In this document: positions 1 to 8,419 of the stretch, piece after piece | Layout of the letters: each line of letters opens with the position of its first letter | Position numbering within the stretch: the stretch's first letter is position 1 | From: Spirochaetota bacterium | GTDB lineage: Bacteria; Spirochaetota; UBA4802; UBA5550 | Assembly: GCA_963664815.2 (NCBI GenBank) | Contig: CAXXHB010000003.1 | Span: 1,440,001 to 1,504,000, forward strand | Reading direction: 5' to 3' | DNA: 64,000 nucleotides | Position numbers and translations under genes: made by a program | The notes under the pieces: generated by a model | Told to the model about the DNA's origin: nothing | The model's input: the letters and a program-made list of their open reading frames with translations, nothing else | Database searches by the model: none

Positions 1-1434
1 AAGGGAAGTCCTACTCTTACAGAAGTAGCGGCTGAAGTAGGCCATACAAAAGTTGCATTAAATCTTGTCTGGACTCTTATCGCTGCATTTCTTGTAATGT
101 TTATGCAGGCGGGATTCGCCATCGTTGAAAGCGGCCTGACAAGGGCAAAAAATGTGGCGCATACTATGTCGATGAACTTTATGATTTATCCGCTTGGAAT
201 GCTCGGCTTTTATCTGTGCGGGTTTGCAATTATGTTCGGTGGTGTAGGCGCGCTTGGTACTCTCGGTGGTTATGACGGGTTATCATCCGAGTTTGTGATT
301 CACCTTTTCGGGAAGGAATTCGGACTTTTCGGTACAAAGGGTTTTATGCTTACAGGTGTATATGATGTGGCTATTTTCGGGCTGTTTATTTTCCAGATGG
401 TTTTTATGGATACTACAGCAACTATCCCTACGGGTTCAATGGCTGAGCGATGGAAATTTTCATCATTTTTCATATATGGAATTTTTGTAGGAACCATAAT
501 ATATCCTATATATGGTAACTGGGTATGGGGAGGTGGATGGCTGGCATCACTTGGGAAGAATTTCGCACTTGGGCATGGACATGTCGACTTCGCCGGTTCA
601 TCAGTTGTCCATATGACTGGTGGTGTACTTGCACTTGTCGGTGCAAAAATACTGGGACCCAGAATAGGGAAGTATAATGAAGACGGATCTCCCAATGCTA
701 TACCTGGCCATAATATACCGCTGGCCATTTTGGGAACCTTTATCCTCGCATTCGGATGGTTCGGTTTTAATGCGGGCTCGACACTGGCAGGGACAGATCT
801 TCGTATAAGTGTTGTTGCAGTAAATACAATGCTTGCTTCCGGTGCAGGTGCAATAGTATCAGCACTATGGATGTGGGGAGTAAGGGGGAATAAACCTGAT
901 CCAAGTATGATGTGTAATGGTATGCTCGCAGGCCTTGTTGCAATTACTGCTCCATGTGCTTTTGTTGGTTCAGGTGCAGCGGTTATTATAGGGACAATAT
1001 CCGGTATACTGGTTATTGAAGCAGCATTTTTTGTTGAAAGAAAACTAAAAGTAGATGATCCTGTCGGCGCAGTTGCTGTCCATGGTGTTAATGGAGCATG
1101 GGGATGCCTTGCACTCGGAATTTTTGCTGATGGTTCTTATGGCGACGGATGGAACGGTGTTTCAGGAACAGTTAAAGGTCTGTTATATGGAGATACGTCA
1201 CAGTTTTTTGCCCAGTCCATAGGTGTAATAACTAATATAATTTATGTTGCGGTTATTGGTTATCTGGTATTCAAACTGGTAGACTTAACAATAGGTAACA
1301 GGGTACCGGCGTCTTATGAATTAGACGGGCTTGATATCCCGGAGATGGGAGTTATTGGATATTCAGGTGTTAAACTGGATAAATATTCAGAAACGCCAAT
1401 ATCGCGAAAAAGTTCAACTGCCGGTTTACTATAG
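1..1434 (+). CDS. amtB: Ammonium transporter (Amt family), 5'-truncated by the window edge
   Basis: Frame open from base 1 (…NLVWTLIAAFLVMFMQAGF); Amt motifs FMQAGFA, DFAGSSVVH, GWFGFNAGS, DDPVGAVAVHG; followed by a PII gene. Confidence 0.96.
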   Translation, partial: KGSPTLTEVAAEVGHTKVALNLVWTLIAAFLVMFMQAGFAIVESGLTRAKNVAHTMSMNFMIYPLGMLGFYLCGFAIMFGGVGALGTLGGYDGLSSEFVIHLFGKEFGLFGTKGFMLTGVYDVAIFGLFIFQMVFMDTTATIPTGSMAERWKFSSFFIYGIFVGTIIYPIYGNWVWGGGWLASLGKNFALGHGHVDFAGSSVVHMTGGVLALVGAKILGPRIGKYNEDGSPNAIPGHNIPLAILGTFILAFGWFGFNAGSTLAGTDLRISVVAVNTMLASGAGAIVSALWMWGVRGNKPDPSMMCNGMLAGLVAITAPCAFVGSGAAVIIGTISGILVIEAAFFVERKLKVDDPVGAVAVHGVNGAWGCLALGIFADGSYGDGWNGVSGTVKGLLYGDTSQFFAQSIGVITNIIYVAVIGYLVFKLVDLTIGNRVPASYELDGLDIPEMGVIGYSGVKLDKYSETPISRKSSTAGLL

Positions 1435-1449
1435 GATAGAGGTGACAAG

Positions 1450-1788
1450 ATGAAAAAAATTGAAGCAATTATAAGACCTGAAAAACTCGATGCAGTTCTT
1501 GATGAACTTGAAAATGTAGGTTATTCGGGATTGATGATCACCGAAATTAAGGGTCATGGAAAGCAAAAGGGAGTTGTGCAGCAGTGGCGTGGAGAAAGTT
1601 ATAAAGTAAAACTGATCTACAAGGTTAAAATTGAAATAATCGCAAAAGACAATGAAGTTGCGAATATAAAGGATACAATTATTAAAGCAGCAAAAACAGG
1701 TGAGATGGGAGACGGCAAGATTTTTATTTATTCAATTGAGGAAGCTGTTAAAATCAGGACAGGTGAAACAGGAGACAATACTCTCTGA
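1450..1788 (+). CDS. glnK: PII nitrogen regulatory protein (GlnK/GlnB)
   Basis: 112 aa; MKKIEAIIRP, GHGKQKG T-loop, TGEMGDGKIF, KIRTGE; adjacent to amtB. Confidence 0.93.
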   Translation: MKKIEAIIRPEKLDAVLDELENVGYSGLMITEIKGHGKQKGVVQQWRGESYKVKLIYKVKIEIIAKDNEVANIKDTIIKAAKTGEMGDGKIFIYSIEEAVKIRTGETGDNTL

Positions 1789-1796
1789 CGAAATTA

Positions 1797-1841
1797 AAAA
1801 AAGGTAATGGGGGTTCATTTATGAATCCCCATTACCTTTTT
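1797..1841 (+). terminator. Intrinsic terminator after amtB-glnK
   Basis: aaaaaggtaatggggg…ccccattaccttttt long stem with flanking A and T tracts. Confidence 0.85.
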
Positions 1842-2021
1842 ATTGATCAAACTCATTTTTTTCAGTTAATACACCCCGTTAAATTACATTTTTGTTAAAT
1901 TGTCTTATTGTTATATGTTCTCCGGGAAAATTATTTGTTTAAAATGTATGGATTAATATTATGTCTATTAATCAGGAGTAACCGCTATATTTAAAATTGC
2001 GGTGAGATTTAGGAATATAAA

Positions 2022-3554
2022 ATGGATCTGATAAACGACAGACAGAGTGGTTTGCTGGAAAAAATTGGAAGAATTTTTATCGAGGATAACGGCGATATTA
2101 AAATACTTATGTCCAATGTGTTTAAACTCATTGTAACCTATTACAATATTGAACGCGGAATGATAAGCATATATCACAAGGAGGAGGGTGAGATATGTGT
2201 TGATATATATCATGGATACACTGAGGAAGAGGTTGCAAGGGGGGTATACAGACCGGGAGAGGGAATAATCGGTACTGTTATTAAAACCGGAAATCCTTAT
2301 ATTGTAATGGATATAATGAATGAACCGAAGTTTCTTAACAGGACAGGTGCTGACAGAAATACAACAGCTAACAAGATTTCATTTATTTGTGTCCCTATTA
2401 AACTGAATTCAGCGGTTATTGGTACAATTTCTGTTGATATTATTAATAATTTCGGAAGAGATCTCGCCGAAGAATACCATGCCCTTACTACTGTATCTAT
2501 TATGATTGCACAGGCGGTTAACGGCAGAATTGAATCAGTTTTAAGAGAGAAAATGCTTAAAGATGAGAATGAACTTCTCCGTAAAAAAATATCGATCAAT
2601 AGTGTCCAGGGGAAACTGTTGGGAACCTCCAGTGAGATGAAAGAAGTATATGAAAAAATCATTATGGTATCGGGGACTGACACAACTGTGCTCATTACGG
2701 GTGAGAGCGGGACAGGGAAGGAGCTTATTGCTGATGCCATACAAAGAAATAGTAAGCGATACGGTGGTCCGTTTGTAAAAGTAAATGTTGCATCATTGCC
2801 GAAGAATCTTATTGAGACTGAACTTTTCGGTTATGAAAAGGGGGCATTTACAGGTGCTGATAAGATGAAAAAGGGGAGATTTGAGCTGGCCCATGGGGGG
2901 ACGATTTTCCTTGATGAGATAGGTGACCTGGATATTTCTTTACAGGTTCATCTTTTAAGGGTTTTACAGGAAAAAAGTATCGATAGAGTGGGGGGAAATG
3001 CGCCGGTTCCAGTTGACGTAAGGGTTATTGCCGCTACTAACCAGAACCTTGAAGAAAAGATTAAAAATAATGAGTTCAGGGAGGATCTCTATTACAGGCT
3101 CAATGTTTTTCCAATACAATCACCTAAATTGCGGGACAGAAGATCTGATATTGTTCTGCTGGCGGATCACTTTCTTGAAATTTATAATTCAAGAGCGGAA
3201 AAAAAGATAAGCAGGATAAGTACGGATACAATTGATCTTCTTGTCGCGTATCACTGGCCGGGGAACGTAAGAGAGCTGGAGAATTGTATCGAACGGGCAG
3301 TAATTCTATGCAATGAGGATGTTATAAGAAATTATCATCTTCCTCCATCTCTTCAGATATTTAACGATAAAAACGGATCAGGGACTCTTGAAGAGAGGAC
3401 TAACATGTTTGAAAAGGAACTTATTATTGATGCCTTAAAAGTATCAAATGGTAATGTTTCAAATGCATCGAAAAAACTCGGAACAACAAAAAGAATACTC
3501 GGTTATAAAATGGATAAGCTTGGAATTGACTATAAAATTTTCAGAAATCACTGA
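2022..3554 (+). CDS. NifA-like sigma-54 enhancer-binding protein (GAF-AAA+-Fis HTH)
   Basis: N-terminal GAF; GESGTGKE Walker A; [13 protein letters not shown]; FLDEIG; [10 protein letters not shown]; C-terminal HTH. Confidence 0.92.
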   Translation: MDLINDRQSGLLEKIGRIFIEDNGDIKILMSNVFKLIVTYYNIERGMISIYHKEEGEICVDIYHGYTEEEVARGVYRPGEGIIGTVIKTGNPYIVMDIMNEPKFLNRTGADRNTTANKISFICVPIKLNSAVIGTISVDIINNFGRDLAEEYHALTTVSIMIAQAVNGRIESVLREKMLKDENELLRKKISINSVQGKLLGTSSEMKEVYEKIIMVSGTDTTVLITGESGTGKELIADAIQRNSKRYGGPFVKVNVASLPKNLIETELFGYEKGAFTGADKMKKGRFELAHGGTIFLDEIGDLDISLQVHLLRVLQEKSIDRVGGNAPVPVDVRVIAATNQNLEEKIKNNEFREDLYYRLNVFPIQSPKLRDRRSDIVLLADHFLEIYNSRAEKKISRISTDTIDLLVAYHWPGNVRELENCIERAVILCNEDVIRNYHLPPSLQIFNDKNGSGTLEERTNMFEKELIIDALKVSNGNVSNASKKLGTTKRILGYKMDKLGIDYKIFRNH

Positions 3555-3692
3555 AAAATTCAAGTGATAAAATAAAGCCTTTCATTTGAGCAATCATAAA
3601 TACTGTTTAATATTCAGACTGAATTTCCTCCATATTTAATTAATATTACAAATTACTGGCATTGATATCAAGTGTTAAAATTATATCAGTTT

Positions 3693-3855
3693 ACAAGTAT
3701 GTTAGTTGGTACAAATAAATTGTTACAAATTTGCATTTTGTTTGTTTGAATGATTTTAAATATAACATTATGGTAACATATTTGTAATAATAATCCGCCT
3801 GCAGATTTTCACTCCGATAATTGGTGTTTTGAAAATTCATAAAATACAATTACGT
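3693..3855. promoter_or_regulatory. Cluster of ACA-N4-TGT-like boxes upstream of the mvhD-metF-glt-hdr operon
   Basis: acaagtatgt 3693, acaaatttgc 3725, acatatttgt 3776, acaattacgt 3846; another copy (acatttttgt, 1886) precedes the regulator gene. Confidence 0.4.
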
Positions 3856-3977
3856 AACTGATTTTTAATGCAATGTTAAAATTTAACATAATTGAAATAT
3901 TGAATCATCAGTTTTCATTGATTGTATATCGGGTACGATGTTTTGTTGTAATATAATTTAATTCATGGAGCGGTGTT

Positions 3978-4424
3978 ATGAATATAACAGTCGTTAGGAC
4001 ATTGAAATTGTTTGTTATGTATTGTTCCTCCTCTTTCAGTTCTGAAGAATTGTCTGTCGCGATAAAGATGGATGAAGGTGATGAACTCAGACTGATCGGG
4101 CTTCCATGTTCAGGGAAGGTTGACCTTCTTTACCTTTTAAAAGCATTTGAGAAGGGGGCAGACGGTCTGGTAATACTCACATGCCCGAAAAATGAATGCC
4201 GTCATCTGGAGGGTAATCTCCGGGCGTTGCGAAGGGCTGACAGTGTAAGCTCAATACTCGATGAAACAGGGCTTGGTAATGACAGAATAACCGTATTACA
4301 GTTGAAAGAGGACGGAATTGACGGCATAGTGTCGGAGATTGCTGCGTTTGCAGGCAGCCTGAGGCCGTTAGCCTTTAAAAATTCCGGTTCGTCTGCAGTT
4401 GATGCAACAGCTGTTTCAAATTAG
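3978..4424 (+). CDS. MvhD/FlpD-family [2Fe-2S] subunit (divergent copy)
   Basis: LPCSGKVD…KAFEKGADG…TCPKNECRHLEGN pattern. Confidence 0.85.
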   Translation: MNITVVRTLKLFVMYCSSSFSSEELSVAIKMDEGDELRLIGLPCSGKVDLLYLLKAFEKGADGLVILTCPKNECRHLEGNLRALRRADSVSSILDETGLGNDRITVLQLKEDGIDGIVSEIAAFAGSLRPLAFKNSGSSAVDATAVSN

Positions 4425-4519
4425 GTAGTTTTTAACTGCTTGTGTGTTCTGAATCCGGGTGAGGCCCGGCTGGTATTTGCAAATATTTAGAAGATATAAA
4501 AAATTCTGGTGATTATATT

Positions 4520-5437
4520 ATGAAAAAAGAGAAAAATTTCGCGGATCAGATAAGGGACAAAGATTTTATTGTAACAGCAGAATACCTTCCGCGTGCTGAA
4601 ACAGATCCGGCGAATATTAAAACAATAATTGACTGCCTGAGAGAGGTACCATCAGCGGTAAACGTTTCGGATAACCCGTTTGGTGTGGCAATGTCAAGTT
4701 TTGCAGCATCAATTCACCTTATCAATGCAGGAATTGAACCTGTACTTCAGATCGTCACAAGAGACAGGAACAGGATTGCAATACAGTCTGATATTCTGGG
4801 AGCGTCATCTCTCGGGATAAGAAATATGCTTTGTCTTTCAGGGTATCATCAGGTGCTTACAGACAATCCTGAATCAGCAAATGTTTATGATATTGACTCA
4901 ACACAGCTCCTGGCAATTGTGGAGAATCTGAGGATGAAGGGAGAGCTTCTGAACGGCGCAAAGATAAATGGGCCGTTTAATATGACTACTGGCGCCGTTG
5001 CAAATCCTTTTATGACACCGGTTGAACTTAACGTGCTGAGAGTTTCACAAAAGGCTGAGGCCGGGGCGGTTTTTTTTCAGACCCATCCCGTTTTTGATGT
5101 TGAGAAATTCAGTTTATGGCTTACTGCAGTAAAAGAATCTGGTGTTGATGAAAAAACCGCGATACTTGCCGGTGTGCTCCCGCTTGAAAGCGTTGAAGAG
5201 GCTGAATCTTTAAGACTAAAATATACTGATTTCAATATACCTCAATCCGTTATCGATCGCCTGAAATCGGCGGGAAGCGCAGAAGCACAGAAAAAGGAAG
5301 GAATTGCAGTCTGCACGGAAATTATATCAAAGGTAAAAAATATGAGCGGCCTCAGAGGAATACATCTTCTTACGGGCGGCAAAGAAAAACTGATACCCGA
5401 GATTCTTGGAGTATCCGGTCTGTCCGGAAAAATATAG
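4520..5437 (+). CDS. metF: Methylenetetrahydrofolate reductase-like flavoprotein (MetF family, altered active site)
   Basis: FIVTAEYLP, NVSDNP, EPVLQIVTRDRNRIAIQS, GIHL; SGY and QTH replace the canonical GD and TQ motifs. Confidence 0.82.
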   Translation: MKKEKNFADQIRDKDFIVTAEYLPRAETDPANIKTIIDCLREVPSAVNVSDNPFGVAMSSFAASIHLINAGIEPVLQIVTRDRNRIAIQSDILGASSLGIRNMLCLSGYHQVLTDNPESANVYDIDSTQLLAIVENLRMKGELLNGAKINGPFNMTTGAVANPFMTPVELNVLRVSQKAEAGAVFFQTHPVFDVEKFSLWLTAVKESGVDEKTAILAGVLPLESVEEAESLRLKYTDFNIPQSVIDRLKSAGSAEAQKKEGIAVCTEIISKVKNMSGLRGIHLLTGGKEKLIPEILGVSGLSGKI

Positions 5438-5457
5438 GAATGAACTGGAGATAATTT

Positions 5458-6864
5458 ATGCCGGAAAAATATCACATTGAAACAAATCCGGTCCCTCCGC
5501 GACGTCCGAGGACAGGTAAATACGGTATTATTGACTGGAGAGAAGATTGTGCAAGGTGCCATAATTGTGTAAAGAAAGCATGTGTTTATGACAGGCACAG
5601 GGATGAAATTAAATATATCAGAAATATGGATGATGTTGATGCACTTTTTTTTGACTGCATGGGATGCTTTTCCTGTGTGCAGGAGTGTACTAAAAACCTT
5701 TTAAGGCTTACCATAAACCCTGAGTATGAGAAACTAGGGAATGATTACTGGACTCCACAGATTATCCAGACTACATGGCTGCAGGCTGAAACTGCGAAGA
5801 TCCCTGTTTCGGGTGCAGGATATGGCGGAAGATTTTCCGGTTATGGTTTTGATTCCATGTGGACCGACATGTCAGAGATAGTAAGGCCAACGAGAGACGG
5901 GATTCACGGGCGTGAATATATAAGTACTTCTGCAGACATAGGCAGGAAAACATCATTTCTTGTGATGAAGGATGGAGAACTTTCAACGGATATCCCTCCA
6001 TTAATATCAACTCCAATGCCGCTGATAATTGATATGATGCCTGAAGAATATTCTCTGGAAATTCTGGAACCATTGATGATGGAAACTGCATATAGAACTG
6101 ATCTGACAGCTGTTATTGATTCAGGAAGATGGTCTTTTAAAAATAATTTCAGCGAGAAGTATCTCCCGCATGTAGCATTTTATTTCGCTGCCGGTTCGGA
6201 ACTCCTTCCTGCGGATATTATACGTAAAACAAAAATGGTGGAGATTGAAAATTCCGGCGATATTAAACGCCGGATAATGGAACTCAAAGAGATCAGTGCG
6301 GACATAGTAGTGTGTGTAAGGATTAAATTAGATGAAAACGGCATTAGCCGGGCAGTTGAACTTTCCGAGCAGGGTATTGAAGCACTGCATATTATAGCAG
6401 ATATGAACGGAAAACAGTATGGCACAGGTTCTCCGTTATTTATAAAAGATATGATACGTCAGATTCATAAATCGCTGATTGAAAGCGGCAGACGTGATGA
6501 TATTACAATAATTTCAGGTGGCGGAATAGCCCTTCCGGAACATATGGTTAAGGGAATTATATGCGGAACTGATCTTGTATCAATAGAACTTCCGCTTTTA
6601 ATTGCAATGGAATGCCATCTGTGTGGGGTTTGCACCGGAGAGAAAAAATGTCCCGCGAAAATCAGGGAAGTTGACATTGAGTATGGCGCTGGCCGGATGA
6701 CTAACCTGATTGCAGCGTGGCATGACCAGATGGTTGAACTTATGGGAGCCATGGGCATCAGAGATGCAAGACGTCTACGCGGTGATGTGGGGCGTGCCAT
6801 GTTTTTTGAACAGATGGAGGAGGAAAGCTTTGGGAGAATTTTTGGTAAACGGAAGCATGCTTGA
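5458..6864 (+). CDS. Fe-S/glutamate synthase FMN-domain-like protein (degenerate paralog)
   Basis: Two CxxCxxC Fe-S motifs, GFDSMWTDMSEIVRP, ISGGGI, MECHLCGVC…CP, LMGAMG…LRG; MSFG/GEGG/QGAKPG not found. Confidence 0.78.
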   Translation: MPEKYHIETNPVPPRRPRTGKYGIIDWREDCARCHNCVKKACVYDRHRDEIKYIRNMDDVDALFFDCMGCFSCVQECTKNLLRLTINPEYEKLGNDYWTPQIIQTTWLQAETAKIPVSGAGYGGRFSGYGFDSMWTDMSEIVRPTRDGIHGREYISTSADIGRKTSFLVMKDGELSTDIPPLISTPMPLIIDMMPEEYSLEILEPLMMETAYRTDLTAVIDSGRWSFKNNFSEKYLPHVAFYFAAGSELLPADIIRKTKMVEIENSGDIKRRIMELKEISADIVVCVRIKLDENGISRAVELSEQGIEALHIIADMNGKQYGTGSPLFIKDMIRQIHKSLIESGRRDDITIISGGGIALPEHMVKGIICGTDLVSIELPLLIAMECHLCGVCTGEKKCPAKIREVDIEYGAGRMTNLIAAWHDQMVELMGAMGIRDARRLRGDVGRAMFFEQMEEESFGRIFGKRKHA

Positions 6865-8419
6865 GAAAATAATTCCTGAAAACACGCTTAAAACCAGGAC
6901 TATACAGCATACAGAAGAGCGGGCAATAAATCCAGCTCCTCCAAGATACAGGAATGAGATGGGAAAATATATAACCCTGAGAGATGAAACAAAATGCATA
7001 TTATGCGGAAAATGTGCCGCTGTATGCCCGCAGGGAGTTCATGTATTGAAACCGGGGTACAAGTATTTTGCTGAGCCTAAAAATCACCTCTGTTTTGGTT
7101 TTAAGTGCGAAGAGAAGGGGTGTTACTGTGTTGCCGCCTGCCCGAACGGCGCATTGAAAGTCGAAGTAAATCCCATGATGAAAGTTCTGGGAGACTACAG
7201 GTGGACAGCAGAGATGATACTTGCTACATGGAAAATGGCTGAAAACGGTAAAATTCCATCTGATGATTATGGGTTGGAATATGAAACCGGAAATTCCGGT
7301 GGAGGTTTTGACCGGATAAGATTTAAATTTCCGGAAAAACCGCCGATAGCACTCAGTGCAGAAGATATTGATACTTCACTTGAACTGAACCGGAGAAATG
7401 ACGGCAGGCCAAAAATAAAAATTGATGTTCCGTGGTATGGCGGAGGTATGTCCTTTGGTTCTGTCAGCAACACTACGCAGCTTTCAAAAGCACGAGCGGC
7501 AGTTGCATGGAACACTTTTACCTGTACCGGTGAAGGCGGGTATATGGAGAGGATGAGGCCATACGATGACCATGTTATAACTCAGGTCGCAACGGGTTTA
7601 TTCGGAATCAGGGAAGAGACTATTCAAAGAGTTCCTATAGTGGAGTTTAAATATGCGCAGGGTGCCAAACCTGGACTCGGCGGTCACCTCCTGGGGGATA
7701 AAAACACCCCGGCAGTTGCTATGATGCGGGGAACGGTCGTAGGTATTCCACTTTTCTCTCCATTTCCGTTTCACAGCGTATATTCCATAGAAGATCACAT
7801 GAAACAGATTGACTGGATTAAGCATGTAAACAGGCGGGCGCTGATTTCAAGCAAGGTATCAACTCCTAATGATGTGGATATGGTTGCTGTAGGGAGTTAT
7901 TCTGCAGGCACCCATATTATACATCTTGACGGAGGGTACGGCGGAACAGGAGCAGCTCCGGAAATTGCCAAAAAGAATATAGCAATGCCGATAGAATATG
8001 CTATTCCGAAAGTTCATAATTTTCTTGTAGCGGAAGGAGCAAGGGAGGGAGTAACACTGATCGCAAGCGGAGGTATCCGTAATCCCTATGATATGGCCAA
8101 GGCAATTGCACTTGGAGCAGATGGAGTTGTTATAGGTACAATGGAGATGGTGGCGCTCGGGTGCGTAAGATGCGGAAGATGTTCCGCAGGCCGTGGTTGT
8201 CCAAGAAGCATAGCTACTACCGATAAAAAACTTGCACCCAAGATAGAACTCGAATGGGGAGCCCAGAGGCTTATTAATACTTACAATGCATGGAGAGACG
8301 AACTTATAAGAATTCTTCAGAGGCTTGGACTGGGAAGCGTAGCTGCCCTGAGGGGCAGATCAGATCTTCTCATGCATCTTGATTATACCAATGACGTGGA
8401 GTATAACCATGAAAAATGA
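6857..8419 (+). CDS. Glutamate synthase FMN-binding subunit with N-terminal ferredoxin domain (split, archaeal-type GltB2)
   Basis: CILCGKCAAVCP; GGMSFGS, TGEGG, QVATGLFG, AQGAKPGLGGHL, DGGYGGTGAAP, ASGGIR, CVRCGRC…CP; start set at ATG 6857, overlapping the upstream stop. Confidence 0.9.
   Translation: MLEKIIPENTLKTRTIQHTEERAINPAPPRYRNEMGKYITLRDETKCILCGKCAAVCPQGVHVLKPGYKYFAEPKNHLCFGFKCEEKGCYCVAACPNGALKVEVNPMMKVLGDYRWTAEMILATWKMAENGKIPSDDYGLEYETGNSGGGFDRIRFKFPEKPPIALSAEDIDTSLELNRRNDGRPKIKIDVPWYGGGMSFGSVSNTTQLSKARAAVAWNTFTCTGEGGYMERMRPYDDHVITQVATGLFGIREETIQRVPIVEFKYAQGAKPGLGGHLLGDKNTPAVAMMRGTVVGIPLFSPFPFHSVYSIEDHMKQIDWIKHVNRRALISSKVSTPNDVDMVAVGSYSAGTHIIHLDGGYGGTGAAPEIAKKNIAMPIEYAIPKVHNFLVAEGAREGVTLIASGGIRNPYDMAKAIALGADGVVIGTMEMVALGCVRCGRCSAGRGCPRSIATTDKKLAPKIELEWGAQRLINTYNAWRDELIRILQRLGLGSVAALRGRSDLLMHLDYTNDVEYNHEK

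Noticed and set aside
2022-3554. Nitrogen fixation cluster implied by a NifA-like gene
   Set aside because: No nifHDK or cofactor genes in the window
3930-3950. Sigma-54 -24/-12 promoter (gggtacgatgttttgt)
   Set aside because: Lacks the GG-N10-GC spacing; too weak to call
6710-6856. 49-codon N-terminal extension of the FMN subunit in the ORF track
   Set aside because: Overlaps the upstream gene by ~150 nt; ATG 6857 gives ordinary translational coupling
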